Shown here one piece after another: positions 32,901 to 40,327 of a stretch of DNA of 40,327 nucleotides. The DNA is from Acidimicrobiia bacterium (lineage in GTDB: Bacteria > Actinomycetota > Acidimicrobiia > Spongiisociales > ZC4RG35). Location of the stretch: positions 1 to 40,327 of the forward strand of contig JASFVB010000002.1 in NCBI GenBank assembly GCA_050050035.1. The letters are read 5' to 3'. Under the pieces are notes generated by a model, which saw nothing but the letters and a program-made list of their open reading frames with translations, searched no databases and was not told the origin of the DNA. Position 1 is the stretch's first letter. The number at the start of each line of letters is the position of its first letter. A program made the translations under genes and the position numbers.

Positions 32901-35166
32901 GCGGGAGGTCGAGGCACGTTCCCGACGTCGGTTGATCATCGGTATCGGATCTGCGGTCGTTGCAGTGGCAATCGGTGTTCTGGCCGTCTTCGCCTTTCTT
33001 CAGCGCCAGCGTGTCAACGATCTCGCCGAGGCACAGGAACGGCAAAACACGGCTCGGGAGTTGGCGGCGGCAGCCATTACCAATCTCGACTCGGCCGATC
33101 CGGATCTGAGTCTGCTTCTCGCCATCGAGGCCGCCGAGCAGAGCATCGAGGCTGGCGAGGATGTCCTTCCCGAGGTGGTCGACGCACTTCATCGCTCGCT
33201 CGTCAATCCCCGTCCGGATTTGATCATCGAGGGGGCCGGCAGCGACCTGGGTGGACAGGTCATCTCTTACTCACCAGGGGGCACTCACCTGGCCATGGTC
33301 ACCGGGGACGGAGGTGCCGTCGTCGTTGAACCCGAGACCGGGGAGGTCCTCGGTGAGGTGCCACCCATCGAAACCCCGGCGTGGGGTGTCGATTTCCACT
33401 TCGACCGAACTCGAATCCTGACGGTACATGACGACGGTGTGCGTCTCTGGGACTGGCGGACCGGTGAGATGACACTCGAGGCCAAGTCTGAGACTCAAGT
33501 AACTGCAGGCCTTCTCTCCCGGGACGGGAACCTCATCGCCATGGGGCACGATGACGGCTCCATGCGGGTGGTGCGCTCGGGCTCCGGTGAGCTCGTGAGT
33601 GAGTTTCAGGCACACGAGGGACGGGTAACGACCATCGACTTCAGCCCAAGCGGACAGAGGCTCGTCTCGGGTGGGACAGACACCAAGACCGCAGTCTGGG
33701 ACGTGACGACCGGCGAGTCGGTGACCATCGCCAACACTCCCACGATCATCCTCTCGATCGGTCACGTTGCCTGGATCCCGTTTGGGGAGCTTGCGGTGGC
33801 GACAACCACCCAAGGAGAGACGTTCCTGTTCGACACTCTCACCGGGGAGCGTCTCAACTCGTTCGGCAATGGTCAGAACTTCAACAATTCTGTTGCCTTC
33901 AACAGCTCGGGAAGCCTGCTGATCGCCGCCGGCGGCGATGGTGTCGCCCGACTCTACGGGTCACTGGTCGGAGGTGAAGTCGCCGGCGAGCTGCCCACCG
34001 GAGGGGTCCCCCTCCGAGATGCCGAATTCGCGCCCGGCAGCTTCGCCACCGTTGCCACCGCCGCGGTTGACGGCAAGGTGCGCATCTGGAAGGACATCCT
34101 GCAATCGGAGCTACCAATACGAATTACACCCACGCTCTATCCGACCATGGCCATCACCGATGACATGAGCCGGTATGCAATAAACGCGAATGCCCTCCAT
34201 CTGGAGTTCCCCGCCGACTTTCCGTCGACGATCGACGTCATCGACTCAGGGACGGGAGATGTCGTCCTCAGCAGACCCACCTGGAGGGGCTGGTACACGT
34301 TGGGTGAGCCGGCCTTGACCGGAGACGGACGGTTGGTTGCCTTTGCCGGGCCGACGGGGGAGATCGAGATCGTTCAAGTGGATACGGGATCGTCCGTGAC
34401 CATTCCTGAGTCGAGCTCGTACACCGTCGACCTCGCCTTCAGCTCCGATGGGATGATGCTTGCCGGTGCCTCACTGATCGGTGAGATCGGTATCTGGTCC
34501 ACCTCGACCGGAGAGATTGTGACGAAGCTCGAAGGACACGGTGATAGGGCGGCGGCCAATGCAAGCGCACCGACCCAGCGCGACCGAAGTGCGCCAACAT
34601 TGTTCGCGCCGCAAAGAGTCAGCGAAGTGGTCTGGCACGAAGGAGGCGAACGACTCGTTTCGGCCGGTTTCGACGGCACCGTCCGCACCTGGGACCTTTC
34701 AACCGGCGCGAACACCGTGCTGGCTGAGTTCGACTATGAGCTCTATGCGGTCGCTCTCACTCCCGACGGCGAGCATGTCGTGGCGATGGATCGAAGCGGC
34801 GCCGTCGGAGTGATCGATCCGGCTGGCGGGGGCATTGTGAGGGAGCTCGAAGACATCTCCAGCGGTGGGCGCATCAGCTTCTCTCCGGATGGTCGCTATC
34901 TGGCCGGCGCCGGTCGTGCTGGAACCTTCCTCTGGGACTTCGAATCCGGACGTGTGATCAGAGAGTTCCAAGGAGCCGTATACCCGCCGAGCGACATCGA
35001 GTTCATCGAGGATGGAAGCAAGATCCTGGTGGCGTCGGGGGAGGGGATCATCAGGAGCTACCTCCTGGATCCCTTGGATATGGTGATGCTCGCCCGGTCC
35101 GAGGTATCCCGAGGGTTGACCGACGACGAGTGTCAGCTCTATCTGGAACGCTCTTGCGGAGGCTGA
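29944..35166 (+). CDS. 1740-aa multidomain signalling protein: SARP (wHTH + BTAD), Hanks Ser/Thr kinase, STAND P-loop NTPase, TM helix and about 14 WD40-like blades
   Basis: wHTH is at aa 22-115 (nt 30007-30288) and BTAD at aa 120-268 (30301-30747). The kinase is at aa 289-530 (30808-31533) with GSGSVGVV, VAVK, HRDVKPSN, DFG and SPE. The NTPase is at aa 541-900 (31564-32643) with NPFKGLEAF..FYGR, Walker A GASGSGKSS (31687-31713) and Walker B LLVVDQFEE. The hydrophobic helix is at aa 996-1019 (32929-33000). Blade-like repeats span aa ~1095-1705 (33226-35058). An alternative TTG start lies at 30010. Confidence 0.9.
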   Translation: MTQSSEAKTQAVRFPTHESEEPLRLGLLGPLSVARNGSELDVSGPKRRALLILLAINAGEPVSVDRIVESLWPAERTGREESTLRVHVSHVRDALEPGRDGSPRVLLTQGSAYVLSPDEVEVDALRFLELTARARGELESRPETALELLNEALTLWRGRALQDVEYEEFAQEEIRRLEQARSEAIEDRAQALIELNEDSSAIEDLESLVRTDPTNERPVQLLMRALYRTGRHSEALRVSRRHRRHLAELGLEPSPRLTHLEDQILQHDPALLPDGAIGPADVRPGRSIRGYELREEAGSGSVGVVYRAFQPAVGRDVAVKVIDPLLAQTPDFVRRFAEEARIIASLEHPHIVPLHDFWREPGGAFLVMRWMDGGSLGDRLSQPWAPDAIARVFGQLTAGLGYAHESGVIHRDVKPSNVLFDSTGNAYLCDFGLAVTRLGSGAADGRHPTIEPPYASPEVLRGEGPSVASDIFGLGVMLAEAAASNGYEGSSTAIEGALGEVIRVATSPNPGDRYPDMDAFGAAIRDALGSTVAPAPRRLRRNPFKGLEAFEEGDQADFYGRDDVIESLVGSVAGHGLTAVVGASGSGKSSVVMAGLVPELRKGALPGSDEWFIVRMVPGVDPFDEFHIGLRSAAVGRGQTSSTERSRELRDGFIAALDGPNSRALLVVDQFEELFSSAVDGDVRGRFIENLVDLATDPAHRVRIIVTLRADFSDRPLAHPRLGDLMSKASVLLAPMRPEQVEEVVRKPAARVGVQVEPGLVAEITRDVTTSPAYLPLLQYVLSELFERRTEDRLTVSAYRSLGGVQGVLERRAEATYSSLDRGAQLASRQLFLRMVHLGESGEETRRRLPLTELHGLAGRADADGALRAFSDARLLTYDRDPVTRTPTVEVAHETVIGRWARYRIWIDEARADLLSHRRIAAAARTWEESGEDPSYLLTGGPLTTALEVVAGEHIHLNDQESRFVQESRWADDERSQAEEERRLHEREVEARSRRRLIIGIGSAVVAVAIGVLAVFAFLQRQRVNDLAEAQERQNTARELAAAAITNLDSADPDLSLLLAIEAAEQSIEAGEDVLPEVVDALHRSLVNPRPDLIIEGAGSDLGGQVISYSPGGTHLAMVTGDGGAVVVEPETGEVLGEVPPIETPAWGVDFHFDRTRILTVHDDGVRLWDWRTGEMTLEAKSETQVTAGLLSRDGNLIAMGHDDGSMRVVRSGSGELVSEFQAHEGRVTTIDFSPSGQRLVSGGTDTKTAVWDVTTGESVTIANTPTIILSIGHVAWIPFGELAVATTTQGETFLFDTLTGERLNSFGNGQNFNNSVAFNSSGSLLIAAGGDGVARLYGSLVGGEVAGELPTGGVPLRDAEFAPGSFATVATAAVDGKVRIWKDILQSELPIRITPTLYPTMAITDDMSRYAINANALHLEFPADFPSTIDVIDSGTGDVVLSRPTWRGWYTLGEPALTGDGRLVAFAGPTGEIEIVQVDTGSSVTIPESSSYTVDLAFSSDGMMLAGASLIGEIGIWSTSTGEIVTKLEGHGDRAAANASAPTQRDRSAPTLFAPQRVSEVVWHEGGERLVSAGFDGTVRTWDLSTGANTVLAEFDYELYAVALTPDGEHVVAMDRSGAVGVIDPAGGGIVRELEDISSGGRISFSPDGRYLAGAGRAGTFLWDFESGRVIREFQGAVYPPSDIEFIEDGSKILVASGEGIIRSYLLDPLDMVMLARSEVSRGLTDDECQLYLERSCGG

Positions 35167-35549
35167 GGGGTTGGCTGCGCGGGCCTAACGGATCGGCTGC
35201 GAACTCTATCGGATTGGAGCTTCGAGGACGATCCCTGAGACCGGCTTCTGCCACAGTCTCGTGTCGCCGTAGGTGAGGGTCACAACTGATGTGTCCGCGG
35301 GAGCGGGCCCACAACTGAGAGTGCCAGGAATCGAGCCGAAGGCGTTGAGATTGCAGGTAGCTCTGGGCCCGCCGGATCGGCGAGCGAACCCTTGAGCTGT
35401 GCTGGGTCCCTTCTTCGTCTACGACTTGGCCCTCGGTGACGTAGTGGAGACGAGGATCGCCAAGGATCGAGAGTATGTGATCGGTCTGACGCGTACAGGC
35501 TTGTCCGTCGAATGCCTTCGCAGGGTCCGCCCTATCGATTACCGTCATA

Positions 35550-35561
35550 GAACATATGTTC
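35550..35561. promoter_or_regulatory. SOS (LexA) box-like perfect palindrome GAAC-ATAT-GTTC overlapping the ruvC start codon
   Basis: The context reads TAGAACATATGTTCGT, and the ATG at 35556-58 is the ruvC start. It matches the Gram-positive/actinobacterial GAAC-N4-GTTC LexA consensus. Confidence 0.6.
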
Positions 35562-36038
35562 GTCCTGGGGATCGATCCCGGCTTGTCGATCACCGGCTAT
35601 GGCCTGGTGGTGGGTGGTCACCCGCCGCGTGGGATTCGGGCCGGGGTAATACGCACCGACAAGGATGACACGACCTCTTCCCGGCTCGCCGAGCTGCACG
35701 CCGGCCTCGTGGAGGTGATCGGAGACGCGTCGCCGGACGCGATCGCGATCGAGACGGTATTCACCAACCGCAACCTGCAGACGGCGATGTCGGTGGGTCG
35801 GGCTTCGGGCGTCGCCCTGCTGGCCGCGGCACAGGCCGGAGTACCCGTGTTCGAATATGTGCCGACAGCCGTGAAAGCCGCGGTGACCGGGGACGGGTCG
35901 GCTAACAAGAAGCAGGTGCAGACGATGGTCGCCAGACTGCTCGGGCTCGCCGAGGCGCCGAAACCGGCCGATTCCGCCGACGCGTTGGCCCTGGCCCTCT
36001 GTCATCTCCGCGCCGCGCCACTCGAGGCCAGCCGATGA
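35556..36038 (+). CDS. ruvC: Crossover junction endodeoxyribonuclease RuvC
   Basis: MFVLGIDPGLSITGYGLV N-terminus, AIETVF, and ADSADALALALCH at the C-terminus. Confidence 0.9.
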   Translation: MFVLGIDPGLSITGYGLVVGGHPPRGIRAGVIRTDKDDTTSSRLAELHAGLVEVIGDASPDAIAIETVFTNRNLQTAMSVGRASGVALLAAAQAGVPVFEYVPTAVKAAVTGDGSANKKQVQTMVARLLGLAEAPKPADSADALALALCHLRAAPLEASR

Positions 36039-36604
36039 TCGGTCGTTTGCGAGGTCTGTTGGTGTCCAACAAGGAGTCCGGTATCACCATCGAGGTGGCC
36101 GGCGTCGGCTACGACGTCGCCATGACCACCAGGGATCTCGCGTCGCTTCCCGGCGTGGGAGAAGAGATCGTCGTCCACACTCACACCCACGTGCGGGAGG
36201 ACGAGATCAGCCTCTACGGCTTCGCCTCCGAGAACGACCGGGACCTCTATCGCATCCTCCTGACGGCGGCAGGCGTGGGCCCCAAGGTCGCGATGGCGAT
36301 ACTCGCCTCGCTGTCTGGGGAAGAGATCGTGCGTGCAATCACTGGTGACGACCCCGACAAACTGACGGTCGCGCCAGGAGTGGGGAAGAGGGGTGCACAG
36401 AAGATCGTGCTCGAGCTCGGGCCCAAGTTGGCGGGCAGAGAAACAGAGATCGTCGGCAGCCGCGCATTGGGCGGCGTGCGGCAGGCCCTGGAGGGCCTGG
36501 GCTACTCGACTGCGGAGATCAACTCGGTCGTCGCAGACCTCGACCCGGCCGCCTCGATCGAGACCCAGGTCAAGACGGCGCTCCAGATCCTCGGGAAGAC
36601 ATGA
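36035..36604 (+). CDS. ruvA: Holliday junction DNA helicase subunit RuvA
   Basis: MIGRLRG N-terminus and HhH motifs ([27 protein letters not shown]). ATGA overlap with ruvC. Confidence 0.9.
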   Translation: MIGRLRGLLVSNKESGITIEVAGVGYDVAMTTRDLASLPGVGEEIVVHTHTHVREDEISLYGFASENDRDLYRILLTAAGVGPKVAMAILASLSGEEIVRAITGDDPDKLTVAPGVGKRGAQKIVLELGPKLAGRETEIVGSRALGGVRQALEGLGYSTAEINSVVADLDPAASIETQVKTALQILGKT

Positions 36605-37617
36605 GTCGCGAAGAGAGTCTGCTCAGCCCCACCGTCGTGGACCTCGACGAGGTCACGCTCAGACCCCGCCATCTGGATGACTTCGTCGGCCAGGTACCGG
36701 TCAAGGAGCGTCTTCAGATCTCGATCGACGCGTCCAATGCGGAGGAGCGCGCGCTGGACCACATCTTGTTCTCCGGTCCGCCCGGACTGGGCAAGACGAC
36801 CCTGGCCGGCATCATTGCCACCGAGAAGAGCGTCAACTTCAGGGTCACATCGGGCCCCGCCCTCGAGCGTCCTGGCGATCTAGCCGCGATCCTGTCCAAC
36901 CTCCAACCTCATGACATCTTCTTCATCGATGAGATCCACCGGCTCCCGCGTGCGGTCGAAGAAGTGCTCTACCCGGCGATGGAGGATTTCCAGCTCGACG
37001 TCGTCCTTGGCAAGGGGCCGACCGCACAGTCGATTCGGATCGACCTACCCCGTTTCACGTTGGCCGGCGCCACGACACGGAAGGGCAAGGTGACGGCTCC
37101 GCTTCGTGATCGGTTCGGTATCGAGGAGAGGCTCGACTACTACGAGCCCAACGACCTCGCCCTGATAGTCAAACGCTCGGCTGGGATCATCGGAGTCGAG
37201 ATCGCCGACGATGCGACCACTCTCATCGCGCATCGCAGTCGTCAGACCCCCCGAATCGCCAATCGTCTCTTGGCCCGCGTGCGCGATTTCGCCGTTGCTC
37301 GCGCCGATGGGGCGATCACCATGGACGTGGCGACCGAGGCTCTGGTCGTGTACGAAGTGGACGACCTCGGGCTGGACAAAGTCGATCGGGCCATACTCGA
37401 CGCCATCGTGCACAAATTCGGGGGCGGGCCGGTTGGCCTGTCCACCCTCGCCATAGCCGTCGGAGAGGAGCCCGAGACCGTTGAGGATGCATACGAGCCG
37501 TTTCTTCTCCAATCTGGGCTCATAAAACGCACACCCAGAGGCCGGGTCGCAACCGCAAACGCCTACGGCCACCTCGGTTTGGAGCCACCCACCGATCCAC
37601 AGGGGACTCTGGTCTGA
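36601..37617 (+). CDS. ruvB: Holliday junction DNA helicase RuvB
   Basis: [12 protein letters not shown], Walker [10 protein letters not shown] and Walker B FIDEIHR. ATGA overlap with ruvA. Confidence 0.95.
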   Translation: MSREESLLSPTVVDLDEVTLRPRHLDDFVGQVPVKERLQISIDASNAEERALDHILFSGPPGLGKTTLAGIIATEKSVNFRVTSGPALERPGDLAAILSNLQPHDIFFIDEIHRLPRAVEEVLYPAMEDFQLDVVLGKGPTAQSIRIDLPRFTLAGATTRKGKVTAPLRDRFGIEERLDYYEPNDLALIVKRSAGIIGVEIADDATTLIAHRSRQTPRIANRLLARVRDFAVARADGAITMDVATEALVVYEVDDLGLDKVDRAILDAIVHKFGGGPVGLSTLAIAVGEEPETVEDAYEPFLLQSGLIKRTPRGRVATANAYGHLGLEPPTDPQGTLV

Positions 37618-38612
37618 AGGTCTCCGAGTTCGTCTACGACTTACCTGAAGAAGCCATAGCGCAGAGTGCCATCGAGCCGAGACACGACGCCCGGCTTCTC
37701 GACACACGGGACATGAGCGATCACAGCTTCCTCGAGCTGTGTGACCTCCTCGAACCGGGAGATCTGCTCGTGGTCAACGAGACGAAGGTCCGCTCGGCGC
37801 GTTTGTCGGGTCGGCGGGCCGATACCGGCGGCAGGGTGGAGCTCGTGTTGATCGGGAAGACCGAGGACGGACTTTGGGAGGCCATTGCCCGCCCGACCCG
37901 CCGTTTGCGTGACGGCGTTTCTCTCCTGTTCGACGGTCTGACGGCCACCGTCCGTGACAAGGACCAGGGGGTCCTCACGCTTTCACTCGACGCCGACGAC
38001 GAGGAGGAGGCGATCGCTCGAGCCGGTGAGATGCCGCTACCGCCCTATTTCACCGGTCGGCTCGCCGACGATGAGCGCTATCAGACGATCTTCGCCAACA
38101 GCCTCGGCTCGGCGGCGGCGCCGACGGCCGGGCTCCATTTCACACCAGAGGTGATGTCGCGACTCGACACCAAGGGCATCGGCATCGCCAAAGTGGACCT
38201 CCGCGTCTCCCTGGACACATTTCGGCCGATCAGGGCTCAAACCATCGAGGAGCACGAGATGCACTCGGAATGGTGCGCCGTGCCAACCGAGACCGCCGAA
38301 GCCGTAGGAGACGCACGACGAGTCATCGCGGTCGGGACCACGGTCGTCCGCACCCTGGAGTCGTTCGCCGACGGCGAAGGGGGAGTCGAGGCAGGGGAGA
38401 TGAGCACCAGTCTCTTCCTCAAGCCGGGCAGCAGATTCTCGGTCGTAGATGGCCTGGTCACCAACTTCCACATGCCTGGCTCGACTCTGCTGGTGTTGCT
38501 GGCCGCGTTCATGGGCGAGAGATGGCGCAACGTCTACGAGACGGCTCTCCAGCGCGGATACCGTTTCCTGTCCTTTGGTGACTCGATGTACGCCGAGCGA
38601 GGAGGGACCTAG
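37614..38612 (+). CDS. queA: S-adenosylmethionine:tRNA ribosyltransferase-isomerase, with an apparent CTG start
   Basis: The track ORF begins at ATG 37713. However, the in-frame upstream codons read [30 protein letters not shown], which is the conserved QueA N-terminus. The only candidate initiator is CTG 37614, which overlaps the ruvB stop (CTGA). Confidence 0.85.
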   Translation: MKVSEFVYDLPEEAIAQSAIEPRHDARLLDTRDMSDHSFLELCDLLEPGDLLVVNETKVRSARLSGRRADTGGRVELVLIGKTEDGLWEAIARPTRRLRDGVSLLFDGLTATVRDKDQGVLTLSLDADDEEEAIARAGEMPLPPYFTGRLADDERYQTIFANSLGSAAAPTAGLHFTPEVMSRLDTKGIGIAKVDLRVSLDTFRPIRAQTIEEHEMHSEWCAVPTETAEAVGDARRVIAVGTTVVRTLESFADGEGGVEAGEMSTSLFLKPGSRFSVVDGLVTNFHMPGSTLLVLLAAFMGERWRNVYETALQRGYRFLSFGDSMYAERGGT

Positions 38613-38621
38613 CCTCGGCTG

Positions 38622-39749
38622 ATGGCGGCGGTGAGATGGGAGCCGAAAGAGACCGACGGGGCTGCGCGTGCGGGGATCCTGCACACGCCACACGGACAAG
38701 TCGCCACTCCAGCATTCATGCCGGTCGGGACTCGAGCCGCGGTCAAGGCGGTGGACACCGACGACCTTCGCGACGTGGGCGCTGAGATCGTCCTGGCGAA
38801 CACATACCACCTGATGCTCCGGCCCGGTGCCGATCTGATCGCCCATCTCGGGGGTCTCCACGGCTTCATGGGCTGGGACGGCCCGATACTCACCGACTCC
38901 GGCGGATTCCAGATCTACTCCCTGAGCCCGCAGATCGCCGAGGAGGGCGCCACCTTCCGATCGGTCTATGACGGTTCGACCGTCCACCTGTCACCCGAGG
39001 AGGCAACGCGCATCCAGGAGAGACTCGGCGCGGATATCGCCATGGTCCTCGATGTGTGTGTGGGGCTCCCCGCACCGAGACGAGAAGTCGAGGAGCAGAT
39101 GCGGAGGACGTTGCGCTGGGGGCAACGCGCTATCGAAGCCCACTCCAGAGATGACCAATCCATATTCGGCATCGTCCAGGGAGGCGTCGATCTCGAGCTT
39201 CGCGCCGAGAGCGCGCGGGAGACGGTTGCGCTCGGTTTCGACGGGATCGCCCTGGGTGGTCTCTCCGTTGGTGAGCCGCCCGATCAGCGCAATGCAGCGA
39301 TATCTGTGGCGATGGCGGAGCTACCAGACGACAAACCCCGCTACCTCATGGGTCTCGGGGACACGGACGGCTTGCTGGATGCGATTGCTCGGGGTGCCGA
39401 CATGTTCGATTGCGTGATCCCCACCAGGGTTGCGCGACACGGTCGGGCACTCACCACCGTAGGGGACTTCAACGTGAATCGAGTCGAGTACGCCGACGAT
39501 GAGTCGCCCCTCGATGACGATTGCGGCTGTCTGACGTGTCGGCGGCACAGTCGGGCGTACTTACGACACCTGGTCAGGATGAGCGAGCTCGGTGCGCATC
39601 GTCTCCTCACGATCCACAACCTGGCATACACGCAGGATCTCGTGGCGGGGGCGCGTGCGGCGATCGCAGCCGGAGATCTATCCGGATACGTAGCCTCCGT
39701 TCGGGAGAGACGTCGCTCAGGTTCGGCGTATAGGCCCGACGAGGCCTAA
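38622..39749 (+). CDS. tgt: Queuine tRNA-ribosyltransferase (tRNA-guanine transglycosylase)
   Basis: TPAFMPVGT, LTDSGGFQ, GGLSVGE and the Zn site CxCxxC...H (CGCLTCRRHSRAYLRH). Confidence 0.95.
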   Translation: MAAVRWEPKETDGAARAGILHTPHGQVATPAFMPVGTRAAVKAVDTDDLRDVGAEIVLANTYHLMLRPGADLIAHLGGLHGFMGWDGPILTDSGGFQIYSLSPQIAEEGATFRSVYDGSTVHLSPEEATRIQERLGADIAMVLDVCVGLPAPRREVEEQMRRTLRWGQRAIEAHSRDDQSIFGIVQGGVDLELRAESARETVALGFDGIALGGLSVGEPPDQRNAAISVAMAELPDDKPRYLMGLGDTDGLLDAIARGADMFDCVIPTRVARHGRALTTVGDFNVNRVEYADDESPLDDDCGCLTCRRHSRAYLRHLVRMSELGAHRLLTIHNLAYTQDLVAGARAAIAAGDLSGYVASVRERRRSGSAYRPDEA

Positions 39750-39784
39750 CCTCGACGCTCGTTCTACCCACCTTCGGAGGAACT

Positions 39785-40081
39785 GTGGAATCTGTCGTGC
39801 TCGCTCAAGAGACGTCGGCAAGTGGCTGGACATCGATCATCTTCCTGGCCGTCATGGTCGGGGTTTTCTACCTGCTCATCATCCGCCCTCAACGCAAGAG
39901 GGCTCAGAAGCAGAAGGAGATGGCGGCGACGCTCGAAGTGGGGGCCGAGATCCGCACGATCGGAGGCATACACGGGACGGTGGTGAGCATCGATGACGAC
40001 AGTGTCGTCCTGAAGGTCGAGGACGGCCGGATCAGGGTGACCAAACGAGCCATCGGGACCCGGGTTGGAGAAGACGCCTAG
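39785..40081 (+). CDS. yajC: Preprotein translocase subunit YajC
   Basis: A single TM helix followed by YLLIIRPQRKRAQKQKEM and GGIHGTVVSIDDD. GTG start preceded by GGAGG. Confidence 0.85.
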   Translation: MESVVLAQETSASGWTSIIFLAVMVGVFYLLIIRPQRKRAQKQKEMAATLEVGAEIRTIGGIHGTVVSIDDDSVVLKVEDGRIRVTKRAIGTRVGEDA

Positions 40082-40327
40082 GTGACACGGAGGCTGATCG
40101 GCCTGATCATCGTCCTCGCGATCGCGTGGGGCGGTCTCGGGGCGATCATCGCCACCGACAACACCCCTCGTTTGGGGCTCGACCTGCAGGGCGGCACTTC
40201 TGTCGTGCTGACGGCGCCCGAAGGGACCGATCCGGAGCTGCTCGAGGTCGCGACCGAGATCATGACCCGACGCATCGAAGGGTTCGGCGAGGTCCAAGAG
40301 CCCGACATCGCCATCTCCGGTGACGAC
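40082..40327 (+). CDS. secD: Protein translocase subunit SecD, 5' partial (runs off the window)
   Basis: My own translation from GTG 40082 reads VTRRLIGLIIVLAIAWGGLGAIIATDNTPRLGLDLQGGTSVVL...RRIEGFGEVQEPDI, a SecD N-terminal TM segment plus the LGLDLQGG motif. The frame is open to the end of the window. Confidence 0.8.
   Translation, partial: MTRRLIGLIIVLAIAWGGLGAIIATDNTPRLGLDLQGGTSVVLTAPEGTDPELLEVATEIMTRRIEGFGEVQEPDIAISGDD

Noticed and set aside
35399-35668. An 89-aa ORF as an intact gene upstream of and overlapping ruvC.
   Set aside because: Its 3' half is just an alternative frame of the well-supported ruvC gene. At most the first ~50 codons could be a gene remnant (see findings).
1-40327. 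Searched for CRISPR arrays, transposases, integrases, phage genes and rRNA.
   Set aside because: I saw no regularly spaced repeat-spacer arrays. No ORF translation shows DDE, tyrosine or serine recombinase signatures. No rRNA-like sequence is present. The only repeats found are those listed.

Overview
High-GC (about 63-65% by eye) chromosomal window with Actinomycetota-like gene content and order. All calls come from reading the ORF translations and the DNA by eye; no database search was run. Most of the window is housekeeping. It holds a LysE exporter, a small SHOCT membrane protein, a mini K+ channel plus a CDF transporter, and otsA-otsB fused translationally to NAD-salvage pncB with convergent pncA. 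Further on come a PspC/LiaF-like envelope-stress module with a PspC-histidine kinase and a LuxR regulator, then thrS, gltA and an EF-G paralogue. The conserved actinobacterial block pgsA1 / PIM acyltransferase / pimA / pdxS / pdxT / yebC follows, and the window ends with ruvC-ruvA-ruvB-queA-tgt-yajC-secD. Between yebC and ruvC (about 26.5-35.5 kb) lies a non-housekeeping wedge. It contains a yebC-coupled coiled-coil ORF, a divergent acyltransferase/SRPBCC pair, and a structured 448-bp gap that ends in an orphan tRNA 3' half with encoded CCA. It also contains a secreted HExxH protein and, divergent from it, a 1740-aa ORF that fuses five modules: a SARP (winged helix + BTAD) DNA-binding module, an apparently active Hanks Ser/Thr kinase, a STAND P-loop NTPase, a hydrophobic helix, and about 14 WD40-like blades. 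The 74-bp region between the HExxH gene and the giant gene carries AT-rich AATCGG repeats, including an 11-bp tandem, which resemble a SARP box. This giant gene and its surroundings are my best candidate for an undescribed system. Other notable points are a tandem duplicated tRNA 3' end at the left edge, a queA that seems to need a CTG start, a perfect SOS-box palindrome over the ruvC start codon, an EF-G paralogue lacking the catalytic His, an APH-fold protein lacking catalytic Asp/Asn residues, and several divergent gene pairs with abutting start codons. I saw no CRISPR array, transposase or integrase.
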